From positions 32,001 to 96,000 of the IMG/VR virus record IMGVR_UViG_3300007512_001547: DNA of 64,000 nucleotides. The stretch is one strand, 5' to 3'. How positions within the stretch are numbered: position 1 is the first letter of the stretch; every line of letters starts with the position of its first letter. This DNA is from a virus. Both the position numbers and the translations under genes were made by a program. Shown here piece after piece: positions 46,737-57,020 of this stretch. The notes under the pieces are model-generated. The model saw nothing but the letters and a program-made list of their open reading frames with translations, was not told the DNA's origin and ran no database searches.

Positions 46737-49396
46737 GTTACATAGACGCTCTATATAAAAAAGACGAAGACAAAATTTACGTAGTAGAACGTGATTCTAA
46801 AAAAGGTCGTGTATTTGTAGATTATGATGCTAGGTATGTATTCTATTATCCAGACACAAGAGGCAAACATAAATCCATGACTGGTGAAACATTACAAAAA
46901 GTACAATGTCGTACATCAAAAGAATTCATTAAAGAGCAACGAATAAGGTCTAATAAAACTCTTTATGAACAAGATATCAATCCAGTGTTTAGATGCCTTG
47001 AGGAAAATTATTTAGGTAAAGAAACACCCAAGTTAAACGTACTGTTCTTTGATATCGAAGTGGACTTTGATCCTGAAAAGGGTTATGCCACAACTGATGA
47101 TCCGTTCATGCCCATAACTGCCATAAGTTGTTATATGGAATGGACGGATCAATTAGTTACCCTTGCAATTCCACCAAAAACAATTACAATGCAAGAAGCA
47201 AAAGTACTCACAGAGAGATTTCCTAATACAATGTTATTCGAAAAAGAAAAAGATATGCTTGATGCATTTTTACAATTAGTTGAAGATGCAGATATTTTAT
47301 CAGGTTGGAACTCAGAAGGATATGACATTCCATACACAGTAGGACGAATACAAAAAGTTTTAAGCAGTGATGATACAAGACGTTTATGTTTTTGGGGAGA
47401 AAAACCTAAAAAAAGAGTATTTGAAAAATACGGTAGAGAACATTTAAGTTATGATTTAATTGGCAGAGTACATTTAGATTTATTAGAGTTATATAGAAAA
47501 TACACATATGAAGAACGTCATAGTTTTAGATTAGATGCAATAGGTGAACATGAATTAGGAGAAAAGAAAACTATATATGAAGGATCGTTAGATTCACTTT
47601 ATAAAAATGACTTTGGTTTGTTTATAGAATATAACAGACAAGACACACACTTACTTGCAAAATTAGAAAAGAAATTAAAATTTATAGATTTGGCAAACGA
47701 AATAGCACACCAAAATACTGTATTGCTACAAACTACAATGGGTGCAGTTGCAGTTACAGAACAAGCAATCGTTAACGAAGCACATAGACGTGGCATGATT
47801 GTACCAGGTAGAAAATACAGAGAAAAAGACGCTGAACCAATTACGGCGGCAGGTGCTTATGTGGCAACTCCAAAAAAAGGTATACATGACTGGATAGGAT
47901 CTATTGATATTAACTCACTATATCCATCTGTTATTAGAGCATTGAACATGGGTCCAGAAACTATTGTAGGACAAATAAGACCAGTAATAACATCAGCAGA
48001 AATAAACAGAGCAAAATTACAAAAAAAATCATTTGCGGCGGCTTGGGATAATCAATTTGGCAGTTGGGAATATCAAGCAGTAATGAACAAAGATAAAGGT
48101 ACAGAAATAGTTATAGATTGGGCTGACGGTACTAGTATTAGAATGTCAGCGGCACAACTGTATGATTTAGTATTTGAAAGTAACAACAAATGGATGTTAA
48201 GTGCCAATGGCACAATATTCACATATGAATTTGAAGCAATTATTCCAGGACTACTTAAACGTTGGTATGCTGAACGAAAAGAAATGCAACGTAAAATGCA
48301 ACAGTCTGGAAGTAACGAAATTGAAAGAGCATATTGGGATAAAAGACAATTAGTTAAAAAAATTAATTTAAATAGTTTATATGGAGCACTTTTAAATCCT
48401 GGTTGTAGATTTTTTGATATACGTATAGGACAATCAGTAACATTAACAGGCAGATGCATTACAAAACACATGGCGGCAAAAGTAAATGATATTATTGCAG
48501 GCAAATATAATCATACTGGCGAATCTATAATTTATGGAGATACAGATTCAGTTTATTTTACAGCACATAAAACTTTACAAAATGATATTAACGCAGGTAA
48601 AATTGCTTGGAATAAAGAATCAGTAATTGCATTATATGATAAAATTGCAGAGGAAATGAATACATCTTTTACAGGATTCATGACTAACGCATTTCATTGT
48701 CCACATACACGTGGTTCTGTTATTAGAGCAGGTAGAGAACTTGTAGCAATTAAAGGATTATTCATTACAAAGAAAAGATATGCAGTATTATATTACGACA
48801 TTGAAGGTGAACGTACAGATAACGCAGGTAAAGAAGGCAAAATGAAAGCTATGGGATTAGATTTAAAAAGATCTGATACTCCAATATTTGTACAAGATTT
48901 TTTAAGTGATATATTATATATGGTATTAACAGGTAAAACAGAAAAACAAGTATTAAACAGGATTGGCGAATTTAGATCAGAATTTAAAGCAAGACCTGGT
49001 TGGGAAAAAGGATCTCCAAAAAGAGCAAATAATGTTACAAAATATACCGACGAAGAAAAGAAAAAAGGCAAAGCAAATATGCCAGGACACGTAAGAGCAA
49101 GTATGAACTGGAACAACTGTAAACAAATGTATGGTGACAAGTATTCTTTACCTATATTAGATGGTGCAAAAGTTATTGTATGTAAACTTAAAAACAATCC
49201 ATTAAACTATACAAGTATTGCATATCCTACAGATGAATTACGTATTCCAGAATGGTTTAAAGAACTACCTTTTGATTCTGAAGCTATGGAACAAACAATA
49301 TTAAATCAAAAGATAGACAACCTAATAGGTGTATTAAATTGGGACGTACAAAGTACTGAAACCAGTAATACATTCAACAAACTGTTTGAATTCTAA
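46733..49396 (+). CDS. Family B DNA polymerase
   Basis: Exonuclease FFDIEVD; DINSLYPS; KINLNSLYG; YGDTDS; KKRYA. No intein visible. Confidence 0.97.
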   Translation: MSYIDALYKKDEDKIYVVERDSKKGRVFVDYDARYVFYYPDTRGKHKSMTGETLQKVQCRTSKEFIKEQRIRSNKTLYEQDINPVFRCLEENYLGKETPKLNVLFFDIEVDFDPEKGYATTDDPFMPITAISCYMEWTDQLVTLAIPPKTITMQEAKVLTERFPNTMLFEKEKDMLDAFLQLVEDADILSGWNSEGYDIPYTVGRIQKVLSSDDTRRLCFWGEKPKKRVFEKYGREHLSYDLIGRVHLDLLELYRKYTYEERHSFRLDAIGEHELGEKKTIYEGSLDSLYKNDFGLFIEYNRQDTHLLAKLEKKLKFIDLANEIAHQNTVLLQTTMGAVAVTEQAIVNEAHRRGMIVPGRKYREKDAEPITAAGAYVATPKKGIHDWIGSIDINSLYPSVIRALNMGPETIVGQIRPVITSAEINRAKLQKKSFAAAWDNQFGSWEYQAVMNKDKGTEIVIDWADGTSIRMSAAQLYDLVFESNNKWMLSANGTIFTYEFEAIIPGLLKRWYAERKEMQRKMQQSGSNEIERAYWDKRQLVKKINLNSLYGALLNPGCRFFDIRIGQSVTLTGRCITKHMAAKVNDIIAGKYNHTGESIIYGDTDSVYFTAHKTLQNDINAGKIAWNKESVIALYDKIAEEMNTSFTGFMTNAFHCPHTRGSVIRAGRELVAIKGLFITKKRYAVLYYDIEGERTDNAGKEGKMKAMGLDLKRSDTPIFVQDFLSDILYMVLTGKTEKQVLNRIGEFRSEFKARPGWEKGSPKRANNVTKYTDEEKKKGKANMPGHVRASMNWNNCKQMYGDKYSLPILDGAKVIVCKLKNNPLNYTSIAYPTDELRIPEWFKELPFDSEAMEQTILNQKIDNLIGVLNWDVQSTETSNTFNKLFEF

Positions 49397-49404
49397 ATAG
49401 TATT

Positions 49405-50202
49405 ATGCTGAGTATAGAAGAAATAAAACTGTTAATTGAAAAACTTGAAAAAGTAAAAAAAGAAGATTTACAAAAATTAATTGATTCTAATTTAAAAATT
49501 CTAAAAAATTTAGCAATAGCTATAGATGCTAATAATAACGAAGAAATTAACAGATTAGATAAGACTGTAGAATGGTATAGACTTGATCTGGAACAGAAAA
49601 TAAAAAAGCCTGTTGTTGACCTGATGTTATATAGAACAATACAAACAAAAATATTTCAATTTGCTAAAACCAATATTTACAATAGTTTAGAAATAGGCCC
49701 AGGTACAGGAATGTTTTCCAAAGAATTTAGATCATGGAGGAACAATTTCTTTTTAGAAACAATACCAGAACTAGAACTAAAAATTAGAAGAAGATTTAAA
49801 CCTCCACATCAAAAATATTTAAAATTTTATACAACACGCAGAACAGAATGTTCAAATATTCCACAAGGTTCATGCAACTTTGTGTTTAGTTGGGATACCT
49901 TTGTATTTTTTACACAAAATCATATACAACAATATCTACATGACATTAAAAGAGTGTTAATACCGGGTGGTTATGTGTTTATACAATATGCTGATTGCCA
50001 TTATGATTATGACTTACATCTAGCAAAACGTGGTTATTGGAATTATAATACCAAAACTGCAATGGAAAAAATTATTAAAGAAGAAGGTTATGAAATTATA
50101 GAAATGTTACAATTTAAACCAGGTGCCAATTATGCCATATTTAAAAAACCTGGTAAACAAAATCCTGCTATATATAAAATTTCTGAAATGACACTTGATT
50201 AA
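49405..50202 (+). CDS. Class I SAM-dependent methyltransferase
   Basis: LEIGPGTG, FVFSWDTF, RVLIPGG; TAAATA 49394-49399. Confidence 0.8.
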   Translation: MLSIEEIKLLIEKLEKVKKEDLQKLIDSNLKILKNLAIAIDANNNEEINRLDKTVEWYRLDLEQKIKKPVVDLMLYRTIQTKIFQFAKTNIYNSLEIGPGTGMFSKEFRSWRNNFFLETIPELELKIRRRFKPPHQKYLKFYTTRRTECSNIPQGSCNFVFSWDTFVFFTQNHIQQYLHDIKRVLIPGGYVFIQYADCHYDYDLHLAKRGYWNYNTKTAMEKIIKEEGYEIIEMLQFKPGANYAIFKKPGKQNPAIYKISEMTLD

Positions 50203-50223
50203 TATATGAATAACCTATATAAT
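50195..50223 (+). promoter_or_regulatory. Sigma70-like promoter
   Basis: TTGATT-17 nt-TATAAT; ATG 50232. Confidence 0.55.
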
Positions 50224-50231
50224 AAAGCACT

Positions 50232-50969
50232 ATGATAGATATCTTGAAAGACATTGTCAAGCATACGCATGGCTTGGGATTTTTAGATCTTGTTAAAATT
50301 ACTGGAGACAGTAACGAGACTGTCATTGATTCAATGGCAGAAGACAGATCAGTTATCTTGCAAGGATCTTTTCACAAACCACAATCAGAAATGGTTGGTA
50401 CTTTTGGTATGCCACAGTTAGGCAAACTAGATATTCACTTGAAGTGCCCAGAATATAAAGAAAAAGCAAAAATAACTGTACTCAAAGGAACTAGGAATGG
50501 CGCTGAAGTGCCAACAGGTATTCATTTTGAAAATGAAAAAGGTGACTTTAAGAACGATTACAGATTTATGAATGCTGAAATTATCAACGAGAAACTTAAA
50601 ACAGTTAAATTTAAAGGTGTTAAGTGGGACGTTGAAATTGAACCAAGTGTGGCAAGTGTACAAAGATTTAACTTTCAGTCAGTAGCAAATACAGAACACA
50701 ATTCTTTTGTTGTTAGAACAGAGAATGGTAACCTGGTATTCACATTTGGTGATCAAGCATCACACGGTGGAGAATTTGTTTTTGCAAACGGAATGAATGG
50801 AACTCTAAACAAAGGATGGAGTTGGCCTGTAGCACAGGTATTGCAAATACTGAAACTCTCTGATTCGGCAAAAGTTATGTTGCATTTTTCTAACGAAGGT
50901 GCAATGATGATTTCTGTTGATTCAGGACTTGGCAAGTATCAATATATTATTCCAGCTCAGGCGCAATAA
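50232..50969 (+). CDS. Sliding clamp (gp45/PCNA-like)
   Basis: About 245 aa, near PolB; ends VDSGLGKYQYIIPA, typical of phage clamps. Confidence 0.7.
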   Translation: MIDILKDIVKHTHGLGFLDLVKITGDSNETVIDSMAEDRSVILQGSFHKPQSEMVGTFGMPQLGKLDIHLKCPEYKEKAKITVLKGTRNGAEVPTGIHFENEKGDFKNDYRFMNAEIINEKLKTVKFKGVKWDVEIEPSVASVQRFNFQSVANTEHNSFVVRTENGNLVFTFGDQASHGGEFVFANGMNGTLNKGWSWPVAQVLQILKLSDSAKVMLHFSNEGAMMISVDSGLGKYQYIIPAQAQ

Positions 50970-52420
50970 TGACAGAAAATAAAAGGCAAGAACATTTAGG
51001 AGATTTTAATCGAAATTTTGCAGTGTTCTTGCCTGCTATTTCCAATTTTTTTAATACATTCATTTCCAGACAAAGAGTTACTAAAGGTACTCATATTCCA
51101 ACAGAAAGAATTCCAAAAGGTTTAGACAGAGGAGTTGAAGGTTTAAACTTTATTAATCCAGACGAAGGTTACTTTACATATCCAACTGCATTATATTCAG
51201 CAGGACACGCTTGTTTAGATATGGATAAAGTTACAGACAGAGATTCTATGTGTGTTAATAGAGATCGAAAATTTAGTACAATAGTAGGCGACTCTGGTGG
51301 ATATCAGATAGCAAAAGGTGTTATACAATTTGATTGGAAAGATTTTGAAGGTAACAAAGCAAATAAAGTTAGATCTAACATATTAAATTGGTTAGAACTT
51401 ATTGCAGACTGGTCAATGACATTAGATGTACCTACATGGGCGGCAGATGATTTAAACAGAGGCAAATCAGGATTAAACAGTTTCCAAGATTGTTTAGATG
51501 CTACAAAATTTAATAATGATTATTTCCAAAAAAATAGATTAGGACAAACAAAATTTTTAAATGTACTACAAGGTGATGATTGGGAGACTGGAACAATTTG
51601 GTATGATCAAATGAAAAAATACGAGTTTGAAGGTTGGGCATTTGGTGGTATTAATATGTGTGATATGGAAATACTACTTAAAAGACTAATTGTAATGAGA
51701 GATGAAAAGCAATTAGATGGCAAAGATTGGATTCACGTATTAGGAACATCACAATTAGATTGGGCTTGTTTCTTAACTGCAATACAAAGACAACTAAGAA
51801 AACATATCAATCCAAACGTTACAATAAGTTTTGATTCAGCATCTGCATTTTTATCAACTGCAAACGGTTTAGTTTATACACAAAATACATTTACTCCAAG
51901 TAGATTCTCATTTATTATGGATAAAGCACCAGATGACAAAAAAATGAAAGGTTCAGATATACCTTTTCCATTCCACAGTCAAATTGGAGATAGATTAACA
52001 ATGGGAGATGTTTGTTGGTATGGCGAAGGCGACCTAAATAAAAACAACAAAGAAGGTGCAACTTCTTGGGATAGTTTTAGTTATTGTTTAATGATGTCTC
52101 ACAATGTTTACAATCAAATCAAAGCAGTACAAGTAGCAAATGATTTAAACGATATTGAAAGTATAAAATATAAACCACAAGTAGGGCATTGGCGAAAAAC
52201 AAAAGGATCAGATACAACCGATGAAATGAGTAATTTTGTTCCAAGAAATATATTATATTTCAATACACTTGTAGAAGAAGTATTCACATCAGAGAATCCC
52301 ATGGAAGTTATCAATAATGCTAGACCATTTTTAGCAGATATAAGAGGAACACGTTGGGCAAGACATACAGGTGGTGGTAAAGGTAAAAACAACTTTAGTT
52401 CATTATTTGAAGGAGGATAA
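50969..52420 (+). CDS. dpdA: TGT-fold transglycosylase, DNA deazapurine-inserting (DpdA-like)
   Basis: GDSGGYQI, MTLDVP, VLQG, GWAFGG, WIHVLG, SFDSAS, MSHN. Confidence 0.8.
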   Translation: MTENKRQEHLGDFNRNFAVFLPAISNFFNTFISRQRVTKGTHIPTERIPKGLDRGVEGLNFINPDEGYFTYPTALYSAGHACLDMDKVTDRDSMCVNRDRKFSTIVGDSGGYQIAKGVIQFDWKDFEGNKANKVRSNILNWLELIADWSMTLDVPTWAADDLNRGKSGLNSFQDCLDATKFNNDYFQKNRLGQTKFLNVLQGDDWETGTIWYDQMKKYEFEGWAFGGINMCDMEILLKRLIVMRDEKQLDGKDWIHVLGTSQLDWACFLTAIQRQLRKHINPNVTISFDSASAFLSTANGLVYTQNTFTPSRFSFIMDKAPDDKKMKGSDIPFPFHSQIGDRLTMGDVCWYGEGDLNKNNKEGATSWDSFSYCLMMSHNVYNQIKAVQVANDLNDIESIKYKPQVGHWRKTKGSDTTDEMSNFVPRNILYFNTLVEEVFTSENPMEVINNARPFLADIRGTRWARHTGGGKGKNNFSSLFEGG

Positions 52421-53592
52421 TGCAAGATAATTTTTGCGTAATGCCGTTTGTACACGCATTTGTTACACCTAACATCATAAGTCCTTGTTGTGCCTATACT
52501 ACACCACTCAAATTTAATTCAAAAAAACAATATTGGGCTTCTGAACAACTCAAAACAATTCAACAAAATATGTTGAGCAACACACGTGACGCAGGTTGCA
52601 GAGTTTGTTGGAAAAAAGAAGACAGAGGGTATAGCAGTTTAAGACAACATAGTAATCAAATTTACAAAGAACACATAGACTCAATTAAAAGCAACAGTAT
52701 TGATAAGCAACCATACTATCTTGATTTACGTTTAGGAAACTTATGTAACCTTAAATGTAGAATGTGTGTAAGTGAATGGAGCAGTCAAATTGCAGGAGAG
52801 ATATTAGATAATCCTAATGAAGACTGGATAGACACACCTAAACAAAAAATAATTGAATTGGACGACGACTCATGGAAACTATTAGATAATTGGATTCCGT
52901 TTGTAAGACGTGTGTTCATGACTGGCGGAGAACCAACAATTATAAAACGTAACTTAGATTATATTGATAAAATTGTAGAATCAGGATATAGTAAAAATGT
53001 TGAACTTATTTTTACAACAAACGCCACAAATATAAATCAAAAATTTATAGAAATTAGTAAGAAATTTAAGAGTGTTAGTTTTAATGTATCAATAGATGCA
53101 GTTGGTAATTTAGCAAATTATATTAGACATCCTAGTAATTGGAAAACTATTAAAAATAATTTACAAAACATTAATAAAAACGGTGTTGGAGTATCTTTTA
53201 ACACAACTATACAATGGTTAAACATGACAAGATTAAATGAGATATTTGATTACATTGAAAATTGCAATATTGATTTTGGTGGTATTTGGTTTCAATTGGT
53301 TACTGATCCATATTATCTTGATTCAATATATGCTCCAAATTTTATGAAAAAAAAATGTATTAACGATATAGAAGAATTTTTACATAGACCTTTTTTAAAT
53401 AATCCAAAATTTAATAACATTCTTTTTGGTGAATTAAAGCAAAGTCTAATACAAACAAAGAACTTTTTGAGTAAAAACTTTAACAATGTAAAATATACAG
53501 ATGAGTTTTTAAAAAGGATGGAAATACTTGATAGATTAAGAAACCAAAATCTATTTGAGGTATTACCAGAATTAAAACAGATAGGAGAATAA
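52420..53592 (+). CDS. Radical SAM protein with twitch-like domain, paralog 2
   Basis: CVMPF..SPCC..CRVCW; CNLKCRMC; TGGEP. Confidence 0.88.
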   Translation: MQDNFCVMPFVHAFVTPNIISPCCAYTTPLKFNSKKQYWASEQLKTIQQNMLSNTRDAGCRVCWKKEDRGYSSLRQHSNQIYKEHIDSIKSNSIDKQPYYLDLRLGNLCNLKCRMCVSEWSSQIAGEILDNPNEDWIDTPKQKIIELDDDSWKLLDNWIPFVRRVFMTGGEPTIIKRNLDYIDKIVESGYSKNVELIFTTNATNINQKFIEISKKFKSVSFNVSIDAVGNLANYIRHPSNWKTIKNNLQNINKNGVGVSFNTTIQWLNMTRLNEIFDYIENCNIDFGGIWFQLVTDPYYLDSIYAPNFMKKKCINDIEEFLHRPFLNNPKFNNILFGELKQSLIQTKNFLSKNFNNVKYTDEFLKRMEILDRLRNQNLFEVLPELKQIGE

Positions 53593-53593
53593 A

Positions 53594-53791
53594 ATGGCTG
53601 GTAAAAACAAAAAATTAAAAAAATTACAAGATCATCATGATTACCTAAATCGAAAGGTAGATGACCTTACCAAAGACAGAAAAAAAGATAGAAGTGATGA
53701 AAGCAAACAACTTTTAATGCGTTTGAAAAAAACCAAACTTGCGATAAAAGATGCAATCGCTAAAACCAAACAAACATTGACAAAATCTTAG
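53594..53791 (+). CDS. DUF465/YdcH-like coiled-coil protein
   Basis: LQDHHDYLNRKV...RLKKTKLAIKDAI. Confidence 0.65.
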   Translation: MAGKNKKLKKLQDHHDYLNRKVDDLTKDRKKDRSDESKQLLMRLKKTKLAIKDAIAKTKQTLTKS

Positions 53792-53804
53792 GATATGCTA
53801 TAAT
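53777..53804 (+). promoter_or_regulatory. Sigma70-like promoter (extended -10)
   Basis: TTGACA-16 nt-TATAAT with TG; the ATG at 53803 is inside the -10 box, so the start is placed at 53812. Confidence 0.7.
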
Positions 53805-53811
53805 GTTAACA

Positions 53812-54348
53812 ATGAAAAGAACTTATGCAACAGGTATAAAAAAAGATGTTACTGTGTTTTCTGGATTGGAAATTGAGCATACGCCTGCATATGGCTTACA
53901 AACACTATTCATTGCTCGTAATGATTTAACATTTGATCAAATACAAGAAATGGCTGTAATAACCAATGCTGAAGCAATTTATTATGGTGCAAATAGAAGT
54001 TATATGCACAATCAGTATATGCAAGTAGCACAAATTATGAAATTTTTAGAACACGGTTATTATGTAACTGTGGAATATCCTTTTGAATTACACCAAATGG
54101 TTGGACAAAAATTTGCATTAGTTTGGAAACATCCAAAATTTATTCCGTTCTGTTCAATTATAATGCCAGATTCAGAAGAAGACTCATCGCTATGTTTTAA
54201 AATTGACGATATTGATTTTAACAAAACTAATCCCGGTGTATGGACAATGAGTATGAAAGATTTTAAAGATAAAGCAGGATTTACTAAATGGGATCAATAT
54301 ATAAAAGATGAACCAATAGAAGAGAACAAAATATGGTCAATGAAGTAG
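53812..54348 (+). CDS. Hypothetical protein upstream of the DpdL-like gene
   Basis: FSGLEIEHTPAYGLQTLF, KIDDIDFNKTNPGVW. Confidence 0.6.
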   Translation: MKRTYATGIKKDVTVFSGLEIEHTPAYGLQTLFIARNDLTFDQIQEMAVITNAEAIYYGANRSYMHNQYMQVAQIMKFLEHGYYVTVEYPFELHQMVGQKFALVWKHPKFIPFCSIIMPDSEEDSSLCFKIDDIDFNKTNPGVWTMSMKDFKDKAGFTKWDQYIKDEPIEENKIWSMK

Positions 54349-54770
54349 AAGAAAGAAGAGATCAAGCATTAACGGAAAACTTGAGTAAAGCAAGTAAAAT
54401 GATATGGGTTACTTTCCGTAAGGAAGGTATGCACAAATACCCAGCGGCATTAGAAGATCCAAAATTAAAAACAGGTGATGAATATGATGTATCGTTTTTA
54501 GGATACCCACATAGACATACGTTCCATTTTAAAGTTGCAATAGAAGTATTCCACGACGATAGAGATATTGAATTTATACAATTTCAAAGATGGATTTTAA
54601 GTTTATATAGTCAAGGTACATTACAAAACGACTTTAAAAGTTGTGAAATGATGTCAGATGATTTATACATTCAAATAACAAAAAAATATCCTGGCAGAAA
54701 AATTGAAATAGATGTTTCTGAAGATGGAGAAAACGGATCACACGCAGTATATGAAAGAAATAACGTTTAA
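54333..54770 (+). CDS. dpdL: QueD-paralog T-fold protein, DpdL-like (CDG decarboxylase)
   Basis: LGYPHRHTF fits the LxxxHRHxF signature; HDDRDIEF, SCEM, VSEDGENG. Confidence 0.7.
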   Translation: MVNEVEERRDQALTENLSKASKMIWVTFRKEGMHKYPAALEDPKLKTGDEYDVSFLGYPHRHTFHFKVAIEVFHDDRDIEFIQFQRWILSLYSQGTLQNDFKSCEMMSDDLYIQITKKYPGRKIEIDVSEDGENGSHAVYERNNV

Positions 54771-55071
54771 AGAAAAAAGAGCAACAACAAGAATGGGTTA
54801 CCTACCAATTGGTGGAGGTGGACTTAATGCTTCATATACTTTTGTTGATGCAGTAGCAAATATATGCACTACCGCAGGTAATTTAGGTATGAAATATGGC
54901 AAAGATTTCATTTGGGCATATCACGGATATGACAATGAAGACGATGACTGTGTTACATTAATGGTGAAAGAAGACAAGTATGAAACTTTTTTACATTTAG
55001 CACTACAAAACTCACACAGAATTAAACACACCGTTAACGGCACAATCAAACTAACAAAGGAGAGAGCATGA
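54751..55071 (+). CDS. Hypothetical protein
   Basis: Operon packing. Confidence 0.55.
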   Translation: MKEITFKEKRATTRMGYLPIGGGGLNASYTFVDAVANICTTAGNLGMKYGKDFIWAYHGYDNEDDDCVTLMVKEDKYETFLHLALQNSHRIKHTVNGTIKLTKERA

Positions 55072-55307
55072 CTAAACTATACGAAGTGAAGATAGAACTT
55101 ACTGAAAAAATTAAGACACACAAAACCGAGTACATAAAAGCAGAATCAAAACATGAAGCGATGGAGAAGGTCGAAGGATTCGTTACAGACCAATATGTCA
55201 AAGATAACGACTTCAACTACACTGACGCCAATGCCATCAGCGCCAAACCAATCAGTGAGAGGGACTTCTCAAATGACAGGATCGGACTGCCATCAGACAA
55301 CACATAA
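55068..55307 (+). CDS. Hypothetical protein
   Basis: GGAGAG RBS. Confidence 0.55.
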   Translation: MTKLYEVKIELTEKIKTHKTEYIKAESKHEAMEKVEGFVTDQYVKDNDFNYTDANAISAKPISERDFSNDRIGLPSDNT

Positions 55308-55316
55308 GGAGGCAAG

Positions 55317-55847
55317 ATGAGAGTACCATATGTAAATTTTAAAACAAGAATAGGCGATAACGACGCAGTAGGTGGTTGTACATTTATTGGAGGTGAATGG
55401 AAAGAAGTAGATACTACAGAAATATTTGACAATAAAAAAGTCGTTGTATTTGCACTTCCAGGAGCATTTACACCAACTTGTTCATCACAACAAGTACCAG
55501 GATATGAAAAAATGTATGATGAAATTAAAGCACAAGGTATAGATGAAGTTTATTGCTTATCAGTAAATGATGCATTTGTAATGAATGCTTGGTTTAAAGA
55601 TGAAAAAATTACAAAAGTTAAACCAATCGGCGATGGTGAAGGTGCATTTACACAAGGTATGGGTATGCTTGTGAATAAACCTGGACAAGGTTTTGGCATG
55701 AGGTCTTGGAGATACTCAATGCTTGTTGATAACGGAGAAGTTGTTAAACAATTTATTGAACCGGGTAAAAACGACGCTAGTGATGACAACGATCCGTTTG
55801 AGGTTTCTGACGCTAAAACAATGTTAAATTATTTGAAGGGTGCATAA
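55317..55847 (+). CDS. Peroxiredoxin (Prx5-like)
   Basis: LPGAFTPTCS, SVNDAFVMNAW, RSWRYS. Confidence 0.93.
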   Translation: MRVPYVNFKTRIGDNDAVGGCTFIGGEWKEVDTTEIFDNKKVVVFALPGAFTPTCSSQQVPGYEKMYDEIKAQGIDEVYCLSVNDAFVMNAWFKDEKITKVKPIGDGEGAFTQGMGMLVNKPGQGFGMRSWRYSMLVDNGEVVKQFIEPGKNDASDDNDPFEVSDAKTMLNYLKGA

Positions 55848-55865
55848 GTCATCTAAATAACATGA

Positions 55866-57020
55866 ATGTCACGAAAAATACTAGAAAAAAATTTCTGTGT
55901 ATTACCTTGGACAGGTTTTGAACTAGAACCTGACGGTGTAGTAAAAAACTGCATTATCTCAAAAGAAACTATTGGCAACATACATCAAAATAGCATAGAA
56001 GATATTCTTCAATCAGAAAAGAATCTTGAGATTAAAGCTCAAATGCTAAACAAAGAATTCCCAAATAATTGTGCAGGTTGTTATTTTCAAGAAAAAGATC
56101 GTGCAACAAATTTTGAAAGTATTAGTAGTAGACTATATTATGCAAAAGAATTAGGCCCACACATTGACAATAAATTACTAGACAAAAAAGATAACTTTGA
56201 TTTAAGTCATGTTGATCTCAGATGGAATAATAAATGCAATCAGGCCTGTGTTTATTGTTACCCAGAATACAGTAGTAAATGGGCACAAGAATTAAACATT
56301 AAACAAGAGTTTGAAAAAGGAAATGTTGAAAAAGTAAAACAATATGTCTTTAAAAATATTAAAAAATTAAAAAACATCTATCTTGCTGGTGGTGAACCTT
56401 TACTTATAAACGAAAATCGTGAATTTTTAAAATTATTATTAGAACAAAATCCAGATGTACATATAAGAGTAAACACAAATTTAAGTTCAACAAAAACTGG
56501 AGTATTTGAATTATTGTGTAAATTTAAAAATGTCCATTGGACGGTAAGTGTTGAATCCATGGATAAGGAATATGAATATATTAGATACCATAGTTCATGG
56601 AAAGACTTTATAAAAAATCTAAAATACATACAAACACTTAATCATAAAATTAGTTTTAATATGTTGTATTTCATTTTAAACTACAAAAGCATATTTGATT
56701 GCATTGATTACTTTAAATCGATAGGATTTCACAATAATAGTTTTATAATAGGACCATTATATACACCATTGTTTTTAAATGTTAGACATTTACCAAAAAA
56801 TATAAAAGAAGAAGTTATTACTATGTTTGAAAACAAAATTGCTGAACAACCAGGATTTTACCTACAAAATAGTTTGGAAAATTGCTTAAAGTATTTGACT
56901 GAAAATGGTTTTAATGCTAATATAGAACTAACAAGACAAAACATTAAAAAAATGGATTTAAGAAGAAAATTAGATAGCGAAAAAGTATTTCCAGAATTAT
57001 ACAAAGAGGTACTAAATTGA
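55866..57020 (+). CDS. Radical SAM protein with twitch-like domain, paralog 3
   Basis: CVLPW..KNC..CAGCY; CNQACVYC; AGGEP; TAAATA 55854-55859. Confidence 0.88.
   Translation: MSRKILEKNFCVLPWTGFELEPDGVVKNCIISKETIGNIHQNSIEDILQSEKNLEIKAQMLNKEFPNNCAGCYFQEKDRATNFESISSRLYYAKELGPHIDNKLLDKKDNFDLSHVDLRWNNKCNQACVYCYPEYSSKWAQELNIKQEFEKGNVEKVKQYVFKNIKKLKNIYLAGGEPLLINENREFLKLLLEQNPDVHIRVNTNLSSTKTGVFELLCKFKNVHWTVSVESMDKEYEYIRYHSSWKDFIKNLKYIQTLNHKISFNMLYFILNYKSIFDCIDYFKSIGFHNNSFIIGPLYTPLFLNVRHLPKNIKEEVITMFENKIAEQPGFYLQNSLENCLKYLTENGFNANIELTRQNIKKMDLRRKLDSEKVFPELYKEVLN

Noticed and set aside
46733-49396. Intein or intron in the DNA polymerase
   Set aside because: Length and motif spacing are normal for PolB and the frame is uninterrupted.
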